From assembly GCA_040755615.1 (NCBI GenBank), contig JBFMAL010000012.1, forward strand, positions 7 to 64,006: 64,000 bases of DNA, in the 5' to 3' direction. Both the position numbers and the translations under genes were made by a program. This stretch comes from Bacillota bacterium (GTDB taxonomy: Bacteria > Bacillota > Sulfobacillia > DUSP01 > DYEP01). Numbering within the stretch: position 1 is the first letter of the stretch; each line of letters opens with the position of its first letter. The notes under the pieces were generated by a model that was not told where the DNA came from, made no database searches, and was given only the letters and a program-made list of their open reading frames with translations. Below, one piece after another: positions 47,126 through 56,980 of this stretch.

Positions 47126-47185
47126 CAGGCTAAATCTGCCAACACCTGACTTGCAGCTTGAATTAGCGTATCCGTTGTACTTTCT

Positions 47186-48523
47186 TCAGCCCAGCTCCTC
47201 TTCCACCACCTCCTTGATGTGGGTAGCCAGCCTTTTCACCACCGCCTCGTCGTCTCCTTCAACCATGATACGGATAAGCGGCTCAGTGCCTGAAGCTCTT
47301 ACAAGCACGCGACCCCTAGTTCCCAGTTCTGCCTCAGCGTCCGCGATCGCCCGAGTAGTAGCCGGGCAGCGTGACAGCTCAACGCTCTTTGTAGACCTGA
47401 CGTTTACCAGCACCTGGGGCAGCTTTTCCATGACCGACGCAAGGTCTGAAAGCGGGCGTCCCGTATTCTTGCATATCGCCGAGAGCAAAAGGCCAGTCAG
47501 TATCCCGTCGCCAGTTGTAGTCCTTGAAAGGAAAATGATATGTCCTGACTGCTCGCCTCCGAGAACCAGTTCCCTCCGGCGCATCTCCTCGAGTACGTTC
47601 CTGTCACCTACCCTTGTGCGAATCACCCTGCCGCCAACACGGCGGAGCGCGATATCGAGCCCGAGGTTGCTCATAACCGTCCCGACTACGGTTTTCTCCG
47701 GAAGCTCTCCCTTATCTATCATATCCATCGCGCAGATAGCGAGTATCTGATCGCCGTCTACTACTTCACCTTTTTCGCTTACGCCGAGCACGCGATCCCC
47801 GTCGCCGTCGAATGCAAGGCCCAGATCTGCACCCTTTTGCTTCACCATGCGGCAGATGGGCTCCATTTGAGTGGACCCGCACCCTTTATTTATATTCAAC
47901 CCGTCGGGTTCTGTGTTCATCGCCAGCACTTCGGCACCTAGCCTTCTGAACACACGAGGTGCGATATCGGTTGTTGCGCCGTTGGCGCAGTCCAACACGA
48001 TTTTCAGGCCCCTCAGGGCAGTGCCCGCGGAACCTATAAGAAAACTTACGTATTCATCGACCAGCTCCCTCTCGTGTTCTATGACACCTATACCTTCCGC
48101 CGAAGGTCTCGGCAGCCTGTCCTGTTCCTGCCCGACAAGCGACTCGATCCTGTCTTCGGTCTCGTCGGGGATTTTAAACCCGTCTGAACCAAATATCTTT
48201 ATCCCGTTATACTTCGCCGGGTTATGAGAAGCGGATATGACCACGCCCCCGTCAAATCCCATGTTCCTCACGAGATAAGCCACCCCCGGCGTAGTGATAG
48301 TACCCGCACAGACCACATCAACGCCTGCTGAGCAAAGGCCCGCGGCCACGGCGGCCTCGAGCATGCTTGACGAAGCCCTTGTGTCCCGGCCTATAAGCAC
48401 CTTCTGCTTCTCCTTGTTCCTCAGAACCTGCGCAGTTGCCCTCCCTATCTTAAACGCCAGTTCCGGCGTGAGTTCCTCATTGGCGATGCCCCTTACTCCA
48501 TCTGTTCCGAAAAGCCTGGTCAT
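47186..48523 (-). CDS. glmM: Phosphoglucosamine mutase
   Basis: FGTDGVRG, ISASHNP, FDGDGDR, GGEQSGH, RASGTEPLIR. Confidence 0.97.
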   Translation of the reverse strand: MTRLFGTDGVRGIANEELTPELAFKIGRATAQVLRNKEKQKVLIGRDTRASSSMLEAAVAAGLCSAGVDVVCAGTITTPGVAYLVRNMGFDGGVVISASHNPAKYNGIKIFGSDGFKIPDETEDRIESLVGQEQDRLPRPSAEGIGVIEHERELVDEYVSFLIGSAGTALRGLKIVLDCANGATTDIAPRVFRRLGAEVLAMNTEPDGLNINKGCGSTQMEPICRMVKQKGADLGLAFDGDGDRVLGVSEKGEVVDGDQILAICAMDMIDKGELPEKTVVGTVMSNLGLDIALRRVGGRVIRTRVGDRNVLEEMRRRELVLGGEQSGHIIFLSRTTTGDGILTGLLLSAICKNTGRPLSDLASVMEKLPQVLVNVRSTKSVELSRCPATTRAIADAEAELGTRGRVLVRASGTEPLIRIMVEGDDEAVVKRLATHIKEVVEEELG

Positions 48524-48537
48524 TCAGAGTACTCCTT

Positions 48538-49749
48538 TCAATTCCTGGGATATAGCATTACGTCGACAGTCGCCGGATCAATAGTTTTCACGCTGATACC
48601 CGCGGGTGTACGGTATTTCACATTCAGGCTGTATTCTCCAGTCCTCAATCCGGAAGCGTCCACGAAGAGCTCGATCTCGGACGCGCGCGTCTCTTCAACG
48701 ATCTTCCGGAGGCCCTCCACCGTAACGGACGCACCTGCCGGGTTCATCTCCCACTTAAGTCCCGGAGAGACGCCCTGTATCAGTATGGGAATGCTGTCGA
48801 ACGTCCGCTTTATAATATCCTCTTCGATATGAACTGTGACTGTAACTTTCTGCGTATCGATGCTGGTGAGCCCTTTTGGTACCACCAAGTCCATCTGCCT
48901 TACAATCGTTGAGGCAGCGCCCTGAACCGACAGCGGCATGGTCTGAATAGTCTGCAGCGTCCTCCCTACACTCTCAGGGGCGCGAATCTTTACAGTCTTG
49001 GGCTCCACGTCTACGCTTACAACGCGAAACCCTTCTTCAGGTACGCCGGTGATCCTCGGCTCAACTACAAGATATTTGGACGGGGGCAGCTTGTTGAACG
49101 GGACTGTTACGGCTACCTCCGCAGGCGAAAGTGTCACCCCGGTGACTTCCTTGCCTTGCGTCGATGTGGGCACCAGCGGCACGTTCACGGTAATCTCGCC
49201 TGCCGCGCCCGTAACATCCACCCGGCCCAGCACATATTCGATCTGCGCCACCTTCCTGCTCGGTCCGGTTACAGTGACCTCTTGGAGCGCTGCTACCGGA
49301 GCTTGCGCCACGTAATCCTCCGCAGGCGTACCCATGACCTCCAGCTTAACTTTCGCCTCTCTCTGCGTGATCGCATCAAGGCCCACCGTGACCAGGGATG
49401 GAACCACTTCAAGCACGGTGAGCCCCTTCGGCACTGACACTTCAACACGTAGCGTCTCACTGCCCTCCGCCGCCTGCTGAAGATCGACAGAGGCACGAAT
49501 ATCAGCCCTGTCCAGATCCGTAACGAGCCGGCGCTGACCTCTTACCACAATATTCACACTCTTTGGTTCGAAATTTGTAATGGTATAGCCTTCGCGCAGG
49601 TTCTCAAGTATTATGGGTATGCGCTCGAACTCACGGTCAACCGCGGGGTTCTCTTCACTCATGACCTGGAACCAGATGACAAGCGCGAGCACCGCCGACA
49701 ACACCTTTACTGTCAGGTCTTTTTCCCACCAGCGTTCCACGGACGGCAC
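48538..49749 (-). CDS. cdaR: YbbR-domain regulator of diadenylate cyclase
   Basis: N-terminal TM KVLSAVLALVIW plus about four YbbR repeats; lies between cdaA and glmM. Confidence 0.9.
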   Translation of the reverse strand: MPSVERWWEKDLTVKVLSAVLALVIWFQVMSEENPAVDREFERIPIILENLREGYTITNFEPKSVNIVVRGQRRLVTDLDRADIRASVDLQQAAEGSETLRVEVSVPKGLTVLEVVPSLVTVGLDAITQREAKVKLEVMGTPAEDYVAQAPVAALQEVTVTGPSRKVAQIEYVLGRVDVTGAAGEITVNVPLVPTSTQGKEVTGVTLSPAEVAVTVPFNKLPPSKYLVVEPRITGVPEEGFRVVSVDVEPKTVKIRAPESVGRTLQTIQTMPLSVQGAASTIVRQMDLVVPKGLTSIDTQKVTVTVHIEEDIIKRTFDSIPILIQGVSPGLKWEMNPAGASVTVEGLRKIVEETRASEIELFVDASGLRTGEYSLNVKYRTPAGISVKTIDPATVDVMLYPRN

Positions 49750-50763
49750 TTACCCCCTGTTCCAGAAATGAAAACCCCTGTCTGAGTGCTTCGGTTGGCA
49801 CAGGTTACCGAGCATTTCGCTCAAGGTCTTCGAGTCGATGTTACGGATGAGTTTTCCGCCTTGTGCCAGCGAAATGCTGCCGGTTTCCTCTGATACCACA
49901 ATAGCCAGCGCATCGGAATGCTCGCTGATCCCCAGCGCCGCCCTGTGCCTGCCGCCCAATTCCGGGGTGATAGCGGGCGATTCGGAGAGCGGCAAGAAGC
50001 ATGCGGCCGCCATCACTCGGTCTCCCCTGATGATCACGGCGCCGTCATGAAGCGGGGTATTGGGAATAAAGATATTGACGAGGAACTCGCCGCTCACTAC
50101 TGCATCAAGCCTGATCCCCGTCTCTATGAAATCGCCAAGGCCCGTCTCCCTTTCAATGACGACCAAAGCCCCGATTTTGTTCCGGGACAATATCTCGGCC
50201 GCTCGTACCATCTCGCCGATGAGCCTTGCCATCTCCTCCTCATCAAGAAGCACGATGGACCTGGCAAAGAACCTGCCTCGGCCGATCTGCTCCAGTGCCC
50301 TTCTGAGCTCGGGCTGAAACACAACCGGAAGCGCGACAAACAGCATCATCCTGGTGTTCCTGAGCACCCAGTTGATGGTGACAAGGCCCAGCCACTGGCT
50401 CACCGTGGTGGCGATCAAGAGCACCATGACGCCCTTGATCAGCTGAATAGCACGGGTGCCCTTGATTAACATGAAGAACTTATAAAGCACAAACGCGACG
50501 ATGGAGATATCCAGCGTAGCGACTAGTATATCGCGGGGTCGCAAGAACCTAAGCTGCTCGAGGGCTCCGTAAAACAGCGGCCATTGTGCGATAACAACGA
50601 CAGCCGATAGCACAAACAGAGCCAATAGCCCAAGCCACTTTGCCAGCACCATCGGCCAGCCCGACTTGGTCGAAAGCCTCAATAGCACATAAGTAGCCAG
50701 CACTATGCTGGCCAGCACAATGAGCGTATCAGCCAGACTCAAGAATTTGAGAGCCTCGATCAA
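49750..50763 (-). CDS. cdaA: Diadenylate cyclase CdaA with an N-terminal TM extension
   Basis: FQPELRRALEQIGR, PLHDGA, GGRHRAA, VSEETG; GAGGTG SD before TTG 50763. Confidence 0.95.
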   Translation of the reverse strand: MIEALKFLSLADTLIVLASIVLATYVLLRLSTKSGWPMVLAKWLGLLALFVLSAVVVIAQWPLFYGALEQLRFLRPRDILVATLDISIVAFVLYKFFMLIKGTRAIQLIKGVMVLLIATTVSQWLGLVTINWVLRNTRMMLFVALPVVFQPELRRALEQIGRGRFFARSIVLLDEEEMARLIGEMVRAAEILSRNKIGALVVIERETGLGDFIETGIRLDAVVSGEFLVNIFIPNTPLHDGAVIIRGDRVMAAACFLPLSESPAITPELGGRHRAALGISEHSDALAIVVSEETGSISLAQGGKLIRNIDSKTLSEMLGNLCQPKHSDRGFHFWNRG

Positions 50764-50799
50764 CTGCGGACACCTCTTGCGTTTTCCTGACCTGATGTT

Positions 50800-50917
50800 C
50801 TTCTACAAACTTGAATACAATACCTTTCACTTTTGAGAAAAAACCTTAATCTTCCTTGACCGCCCTTTAATGTATTTTTCACTTCCACTCAAAGGAAAAC
50901 GTAGTCTAAAGTAGAAC
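50800..50917. promoter_or_regulatory. Divergent pair of sigmaH-like promoters (cdaA operon and OYE gene)
   Basis: Minus strand: AAAGGTATT-N12-GTAGAAG (50827-50800). Plus strand: AAAGGAAAA-N11-GTAGAAC (50891-50917). Confidence 0.45.
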
Positions 50918-50953
50918 GGATAGAACAAGATTCACCCGGGGAGATATGGTGTC

Positions 50954-52126
50954 ATGAAGGCCTTCACCCCGTTCAAACTTGGAAAAGTATTACTTAAGAA
51001 CCGGGTTGTCCGCTCGTCGACCGCGGAGAGCATGGCCCTGCCCGACGGCCGCATCACAAGCCATCTCATCACTCTATACAACGCGCTATCCGAGGGAGGT
51101 ACCGGGCTTATCATTACCGGAGGCGCATACGTCCATATATCCGGGCGGAGCTACCCGGGCGTCATCGGTGTTGATCAAGATGCGCAGATCCCCGGCCTAT
51201 CCGAACTGGCCGCAGCCTGTTCCTTACGGGGCACGGTGCCGTTACTCCAAATCTATCACTGTGGACGCCAGAAGTTCGACGGTACTCCGGCTCTTGGGCC
51301 TTCGTCCGTCCGGGACCCTATCCTTCCAGCACCGAGAGAACTCGCCATTGATGAAATAGACCTGCTCTTTTCAGCGTTTGGCGATGCCGCGCGGAGGGCA
51401 CAGCTGGCCGGCTTTCCCGGCGTACAGATCAGCGCCTGCAACGGGCACCTCATCCAGCAGTTCCTGTCGCCTCTCACCAACCGCAGGCGCGACAAGTACG
51501 GCGGAAGTACGGAAAACCGCGCCCGGTTCCTCATCGAGGTATGCCGCGCCGTCCGCAAGCGTGTAAGACCTGACTTCCTGGTAGTCGTAAAACTGGCGAT
51601 GTCTGACCTCGAAACCGGCGGCCTCACCGAAGAAGAAGCCCTGCGGGTGTCGGCCTGTCTTGTCAACGAAGGCGTGGATGCGATCGAAGTTACTGCAGGC
51701 ACCTACAAGACGGGCTTTTGCACTTCACTCGGAGATATACCGGTTGAAGATGTCATGCAGACCGACGCCATGAAAGCCGCGTCCCCGTTCAGGAAGATCG
51801 CCGCGCGGCATTACCTCAACAAACTGCGAAAGCAGTCCCGCTTCGAGGAGGCATATTTCCGCCACTTCTCAAAGCTTTTGAAACAACACGTATCGATCCC
51901 CGTCATACTGGTGGGAGGTATTCGTACCGTCGCCACCATGGAAGGGCTCATCCTCGGAGAATTTACGGACCTAGTTGCCATGAGCCGCCCGCTTATCAGG
52001 CAACCGGCCATTGTCGACAAGATGATCGGAAATCCGTCGATAAAGCCCGCATGCACTTCGTGCAACAGGTGCGTAGTCCGTGTCGCCTCGGGCCGCCCGC
52101 TCATCTGCTACTCCCGGTTGACATAA
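50954..52126 (+). CDS. NADH:flavin oxidoreductase (old yellow enzyme family) with a C-terminal Cys cluster
   Basis: LKNRVV, GGTGLIITG, QFLSPLTNRRRDKYGGS.ENRARF, VGGIR, MSRPLI, CTSCNRC..C. Confidence 0.9.
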   Translation: MKAFTPFKLGKVLLKNRVVRSSTAESMALPDGRITSHLITLYNALSEGGTGLIITGGAYVHISGRSYPGVIGVDQDAQIPGLSELAAACSLRGTVPLLQIYHCGRQKFDGTPALGPSSVRDPILPAPRELAIDEIDLLFSAFGDAARRAQLAGFPGVQISACNGHLIQQFLSPLTNRRRDKYGGSTENRARFLIEVCRAVRKRVRPDFLVVVKLAMSDLETGGLTEEEALRVSACLVNEGVDAIEVTAGTYKTGFCTSLGDIPVEDVMQTDAMKAASPFRKIAARHYLNKLRKQSRFEEAYFRHFSKLLKQHVSIPVILVGGIRTVATMEGLILGEFTDLVAMSRPLIRQPAIVDKMIGNPSIKPACTSCNRCVVRVASGRPLICYSRLT

Positions 52127-52734
52127 AACGCGAGGCTTTGTAGCTCCAGGGTAAGGTCCACGTTCTGAACAAAAGTGCCTTCCGGCGGCACGATCTTGGT
52201 AGGTGCAAAATTAAGAATGGCTTCAACACCCGCCTCCTTCAGTTCAAGTGCCACCTTCTGGGCCTCGGGCGCCGGCACCGCGATGATACCCATCTTTATA
52301 CCTTCCCTTTTAATGGTCTCTTTCATCTCCTGGATAGGCCTGATGGGCACGCCTTCAATGTTATGCCCTGTCTTTTGCGGATCCGAGTCAAAGATCGCGG
52401 TGATCCTCACGTCCTTATGCCGGGTGATGTTGTAACGCGCGAGCGCAGTGCCCAGGTGTCCAGCGCCGACTAGCACCGCCTTGACCTCTTTATGCAGTCC
52501 AAGGATCCTTCGCAGGCACTGGCTGAGGTGAGACGTGGAATAACCCACGCCTCTCACGCCGAATGCACCAAAATAGGCCAAATCTTTTCTAATCTGTTCA
52601 GAGGAGAAACCCGTCTTCTCCGCCAGCTCAGCCGATGAGATTACATCGACCTGATCGTTAACCAGATCGGAGAGGGTTCTAAGATAAATCGGAAGCCTTC
52701 TGATCGTCGCCTCGGGTATCCTGTTTCTCGGCAC
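52108..52734 (-). CDS. rex: Redox-sensing repressor Rex
   Basis: IPEATIRRLPIY, QIRKDLAYFGAFG.RGVGY, VGAGHLG, ILNFAP. Confidence 0.97.
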   Translation of the reverse strand: MPRNRIPEATIRRLPIYLRTLSDLVNDQVDVISSAELAEKTGFSSEQIRKDLAYFGAFGVRGVGYSTSHLSQCLRRILGLHKEVKAVLVGAGHLGTALARYNITRHKDVRITAIFDSDPQKTGHNIEGVPIRPIQEMKETIKREGIKMGIIAVPAPEAQKVALELKEAGVEAILNFAPTKIVPPEGTFVQNVDLTLELQSLAFYVNRE

Positions 52735-52756
52735 CGCTCTCCCTCCTGTAGATAAA

Positions 52757-53722
52757 CTAGGAGTGACGTTCCAGAACAAACTCACACGCCGACTCAAGCG
52801 CCTCCTTCTCAGGGGATTCCGGCAGACCCATCAGGACGTCCCTGGCTTTATCGGCGAACGAGCGTGCCTTGTCTCTCGCGTATCCGATAGATCCGCCAAG
52901 CTCTAAGATCCTCGGGATATCAAGACCGGCCGAAGACATATTTCCCCCGGAGAGCATCTTCCGAAGCGTCCCTCCGTACTTTCCGCCCAGGGCGTGAATC
53001 ACCGGCAGTGTGAGTACCCCCTGCTCCAGGTCTTTGCCCACCTCCTTTCCCACCGAGCGGCCGTATCCCAGGTCCAGCAGATCGTCGGTTATTTGGAACG
53101 CCATACCTATAAATCTGCCATAATCGAAAAACCTGTCTGCCAAACTGTTGCAAGCACCTGACAGCATGGCGCCCAGGCGGCAGCATTCAGCGATGAACAG
53201 AGCGGTCTTTTGTTCGATCCTTAACAAATATTCTTCCTCGGTTACGCTTAACCTTTCATTTCGAAAATTCTGGTGAATCTCTCCAAGGCACATTTCAGAG
53301 ACCACCCTGCTCATGTTCACCAGGAATTCGGGACGGTAAAACCCCGCCAGGGCGGAGAAGGCGCGCGCGAACATAAAATCCCCTGAGAGGATAGACAGGT
53401 TATTCCCCCAGAGGGCGTTGACTGTCGGCCGCCCCCTCCGGAGCCTTGCGTTGTCCACTATGTCGTCGTGAATCAGCGTAGCCATGTGCATAATCTCGAC
53501 TGCCGCAGCAGCCGTGATCCTTGCTTCCCTGGAAGTCCCCGATATTCTCGCTGTGAGCAAAAGCAGCGCAGGCCTGAACCTTTTTCCACCACTTTCCCGC
53601 AGGTGACAAATGGCTTCATTAAGCAGGTCGTGGTTGCACTCAAGTATCTCGCCAATTACAGTATCGACACAGGCCAGCTCCTCTGACAGCAGTTTGTGCA
53701 ACACCTCAAATCGGCTGAGCAT
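52757..53722 (-). CDS. Medium/long-chain trans-polyprenyl diphosphate synthase (HepT/IspB-like)
   Basis: GGKRFRP, HMATLIHDDIVD..RRG, KTA, FQITDDLLD, GKDLEQG; start 53722 or 53755. Confidence 0.92.
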   Translation of the reverse strand: MLSRFEVLHKLLSEELACVDTVIGEILECNHDLLNEAICHLRESGGKRFRPALLLLTARISGTSREARITAAAAVEIMHMATLIHDDIVDNARLRRGRPTVNALWGNNLSILSGDFMFARAFSALAGFYRPEFLVNMSRVVSEMCLGEIHQNFRNERLSVTEEEYLLRIEQKTALFIAECCRLGAMLSGACNSLADRFFDYGRFIGMAFQITDDLLDLGYGRSVGKEVGKDLEQGVLTLPVIHALGGKYGGTLRKMLSGGNMSSAGLDIPRILELGGSIGYARDKARSFADKARDVLMGLPESPEKEALESACEFVLERHS

Positions 53723-53766
53723 AGTATCACCTGCCGGATCTAAAGCTGAAGTCATGCCTCATCCCA

Positions 53767-54594
53767 TCAGTATTCTGCGGGAAGAGCCCTGAGCTGAGAA
53801 AGCGTGAACACGGGACCGTCCACGCACACGTACTTGTCTCCGATGTTGCACCGCCCGCACTTGCCGACGCCACACTGCATCTTCAGTTCCAGCGTGGTTA
53901 CGACCTGCTCGTCGCTGAATCCCAGTTCCAGAAGCGCCTGTAATACGAACTTAATCATTACGGGAGGGCCGCACGTTACCGCCACCGTACAGTCCGGCCG
54001 CGGCGCGACTTGTCTTAAGAAACTCGGGACAAATCCCTCAGGGCCCTTCCAGTTTTCATCCCCCTTATCCACTGTCACCTGTACCAGCGTGTCGGGGAAG
54101 CCAGGCCAGTTCTCGAAAATCTCGTCTTTAAAACATAAATCCCCCGGAGACCTGGCCCCGTATATGATCTGGATGGGTCCATAATCCCCCCTGTTGTCCA
54201 AGCAGTAATTAATGGCGGACCTTAAGGGAGCAAGACCGATCCCGCCGGCAATAAACAGCAGCCGTTTGCCCCGCCACTCATTGACGGCAAACCCGTTCCC
54301 GTAAGGACCTCTTATCCCCACGGTATGTCCTGCCTCGAGCTGGTGAAGCGCGGCGGTGACTCGTCCTGCCCTCTTCACCGAAAACTGCATCCGATCCCGG
54401 GTGGGCGATGATGTGATCGATATCATGCACTCACCCATGCCTATGACGGACAGCATGGCGCATTGCCCGGGCATGTACCTGAATCTATTCTTTTCGTCCA
54501 GGAACTCGACTGTGAAGGTCTTCACATCCCCGGCAGCCGTCTCGTCCCTGACCGACTCGATCCTTGCCAGGCCTGGAATCAACAGCCCTTGCAT
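53767..54594 (-). CDS. flxA: FlxA-like FAD/NAD(P)-binding [2Fe-2S] oxidoreductase
   Basis: PGQC, GIRGPYGNG, AGGIGLAPLR, CGPPVM, MQCGVGKCGRC..VCVDGPVF. Confidence 0.85.
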   Translation of the reverse strand: MQGLLIPGLARIESVRDETAAGDVKTFTVEFLDEKNRFRYMPGQCAMLSVIGMGECMISITSSPTRDRMQFSVKRAGRVTAALHQLEAGHTVGIRGPYGNGFAVNEWRGKRLLFIAGGIGLAPLRSAINYCLDNRGDYGPIQIIYGARSPGDLCFKDEIFENWPGFPDTLVQVTVDKGDENWKGPEGFVPSFLRQVAPRPDCTVAVTCGPPVMIKFVLQALLELGFSDEQVVTTLELKMQCGVGKCGRCNIGDKYVCVDGPVFTLSQLRALPAEY

Positions 54595-55613
54595 CGTCCC
54601 GCCTCCTTCAAGTCAAAAAGCGCTGACGCCGCGTGCAGCCCGACGGAACATGCTCGAATGCAGCGGCCGCAGCCCACACAGAGGTAGTCGCCCTGCCTCT
54701 TTACGCTGTAGTTGAACTTGTGCATGAACCGCTGGCGCACCCGTTCCTTCCGGGTGGGCCGCGGGTTGTGCCCGCCAGCCATCAGCATGAAATCGGAAAA
54801 CTGGCAGCTGTCCCACGACCTGTAGCGCTTGCCGCGCACGCCCCTTGGAGCATCAAACACTGAAAAGCAGTGGCAGGTGGGACAAAGGTACGTACAGGCG
54901 CCGCAGCCCCTGCACCGCGCGGACATCTTCTCCCACACTGGATCGTCGAACATGCTGTCGAGCGCCTCCGCCATGCCCTCTACCGATATCCGCCCGGCCA
55001 GCGGGAGTTCAGCACGCCGCAGTTCTTCCATCACAGAAACGGGTGTACCGCCCTCGGTGAGGTACGCCGAGTGCGAAGAAACGAATCCGGCGCCCTCCTC
55101 AGTCAGCGGCTCGAAATAGAGGGAGGTTCCGTCATCATATACAAATACGTCACTTCCCGCCTTGCTGTCAGGGCCGATCCCAAAGGCTGTGCAGAAACAT
55201 GTGTCAAGCGGCGACTTGCATCCAACGGTAACAACGACCGAACGGGCGCGACGATTCTTGTACCGGTCATCAGCATACTCTCCTTCAAGGAACACCCTGT
55301 CAAGGAGCGTGAATGCTCTCGCGTCGCAGGGGCGCGCGAAAAAGACCAGTACGGGCTTTTGTTCATCGACCCCGGCTGCGAGCGAAAGGCCTGTCTCAGG
55401 CGTCCCCCGGTACGTGAATAGCTCTTCGGTCTGGGGAAGGAACGCGCCCTTACATGAGTTGACCGGGATCAGGTCCGGGTCCACCATGCCTTCAAACCAT
55501 CCGAAATTCACTGTTGGGCCCTGCCTGGACGGGCAGAACACCTGCCAGCTGCCCGATGCGTGCTCTAGCAAACTCAAAAGCTTGTGCTTGGGTATGTGCA
55601 GCACCGCGTCCAC
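54579..55613 (-). CDS. flxB: FlxB-like 4Fe-4S dicluster protein (AsrA/HydB family)
   Basis: RPCD, CFC, CRGCGACTYLCPTCHCF, RQRFMHK, CVGCGRCIRAC. Confidence 0.82.
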   Translation of the reverse strand: MDAVLHIPKHKLLSLLEHASGSWQVFCPSRQGPTVNFGWFEGMVDPDLIPVNSCKGAFLPQTEELFTYRGTPETGLSLAAGVDEQKPVLVFFARPCDARAFTLLDRVFLEGEYADDRYKNRRARSVVVTVGCKSPLDTCFCTAFGIGPDSKAGSDVFVYDDGTSLYFEPLTEEGAGFVSSHSAYLTEGGTPVSVMEELRRAELPLAGRISVEGMAEALDSMFDDPVWEKMSARCRGCGACTYLCPTCHCFSVFDAPRGVRGKRYRSWDSCQFSDFMLMAGGHNPRPTRKERVRQRFMHKFNYSVKRQGDYLCVGCGRCIRACSVGLHAASALFDLKEAGRCKGC

Positions 55614-55616
55614 CTC

Positions 55617-56561
55617 CTAACAGAACTCCTCGGGGTCATCCGGCAGGAAGGTACCCAGGACTTCCACGTCCCTGGGTATCCTTGCGTCATCCACCCCGAA
55701 GAGCGTCTCGATATCCCTGGTGAACTTGCGGTTCAGCTTCATAAGAGGTAGTCCCACAGGGCAGGCGCGCTCGCACTCGCCGCAGCCTACGCAGCGCCCT
55801 GCTACGTGATACGCACGGGTAAAATGGAACATGAACTGCTCGGGCAAGGTGACCGCAGGCGAAAGCCATTCCGGCTCAGCCAGATCCAGCGAGCATTTCC
55901 TGCAGCTGCATGCGGGACAGGCGTTCCTGCATGCAAAACACCTTATACACTTTGCGAATTCCTTCTCCCACATGGCGTATCGCTCATCCGGCGTCATATG
56001 CTCGACTTTGTCGATTCCGGAGTAATCCACCGGCGCCGGCAGTTTTTCTTTTTCGCCCTCGAGCACGACATCGGCATCGGGAGACGCCGACCCTGACACA
56101 CACGACAGGCAGCGGTCAAGCAGCACCGACGCCCACGGAAGCTCCGTGCGGCCCAGAGCAGTGTGAACCAAGAGCGCGTCGCCTGCGTTCTCGAGCGCAG
56201 TGATCTGGTATGGGCTCACTGGGATTTTCGCTGTATCCACCACACCGGGACAGCTCACAGATACGATATACAGGTCTTCCCGCTTTACCCTCCTGTCGCG
56301 GATGAGCCGGGACACGCCCAACGCATCACACTGTCTGACGACGATACCGGCGGGTTTGGGCGCATCCAGGAGATACTTTGCCAAAAGCGGAGCGTCCGAA
56401 AGACCGAGCTGAACCCGGTCGGCTTCGCTCCCTGAGTGCAGTATGGCGGGTATGGAGGCAAACGGGTAAAAGCCTTTTTCCAAGCAAACGAACGAGCGGA
56501 CCCTGCCCTGGGAGAAGGCTGAAGCCACAGCTTCTCTGAGTTGTTCCCTCAAGTCGTTCAT
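55617..56561 (-). CDS. flxC: FlxC-like 4Fe-4S dicluster protein
   Basis: CIRCFACRNACPACSC, FHFTRAYHVAGRCVGCGECERACP. Confidence 0.8.
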   Translation of the reverse strand: MNDLREQLREAVASAFSQGRVRSFVCLEKGFYPFASIPAILHSGSEADRVQLGLSDAPLLAKYLLDAPKPAGIVVRQCDALGVSRLIRDRRVKREDLYIVSVSCPGVVDTAKIPVSPYQITALENAGDALLVHTALGRTELPWASVLLDRCLSCVSGSASPDADVVLEGEKEKLPAPVDYSGIDKVEHMTPDERYAMWEKEFAKCIRCFACRNACPACSCRKCSLDLAEPEWLSPAVTLPEQFMFHFTRAYHVAGRCVGCGECERACPVGLPLMKLNRKFTRDIETLFGVDDARIPRDVEVLGTFLPDDPEEFC

Positions 56562-56980
56562 AGTATCTCCCTCATCTTTCTGTTGGGTCCCATTGCCCGG
56601 ATCCTGTCTGTCATGTTCCTTATTACTTCCTGAAACTTCTGCCCTTCTGAGGCGCTGATCCAGTGGATCTCAAGCCGTGCCGGGTCCATCCCCAGATACT
56701 CCATGAACCTACGTGCGACCTGAAACCTTCTTCGCGCGTACATGTTTCCGGTGGAGTAGTGACAGTCGCCGGGGTGGCAGCCCGCCACCAACACCCCATC
56801 GGCACCACGCTGGAACGCCCTGATCACAAAGACGGGGTTTATCCGTCCCGAACACGGAACGCGGATGATCCTGACGCTGGCAGGATAGCTCATCCTGCTA
56901 GTTCCAGCGAGGTCTGCTCCGGCATAGCTGCACCAGTTGCACGTAAAGCCTACGATTTTCGGCTGCCAGTCTAAAGACAT
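56558..56980 (-). CDS. flxD: MvhD/FlxD [2Fe-2S] subunit
   Basis: FTCNWCSYAGADLAG, RVPCSGR, GCHPGDCHY, WISASEG. Confidence 0.93.
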   Translation of the reverse strand: MSLDWQPKIVGFTCNWCSYAGADLAGTSRMSYPASVRIIRVPCSGRINPVFVIRAFQRGADGVLVAGCHPGDCHYSTGNMYARRRFQVARRFMEYLGMDPARLEIHWISASEGQKFQEVIRNMTDRIRAMGPNRKMREIL

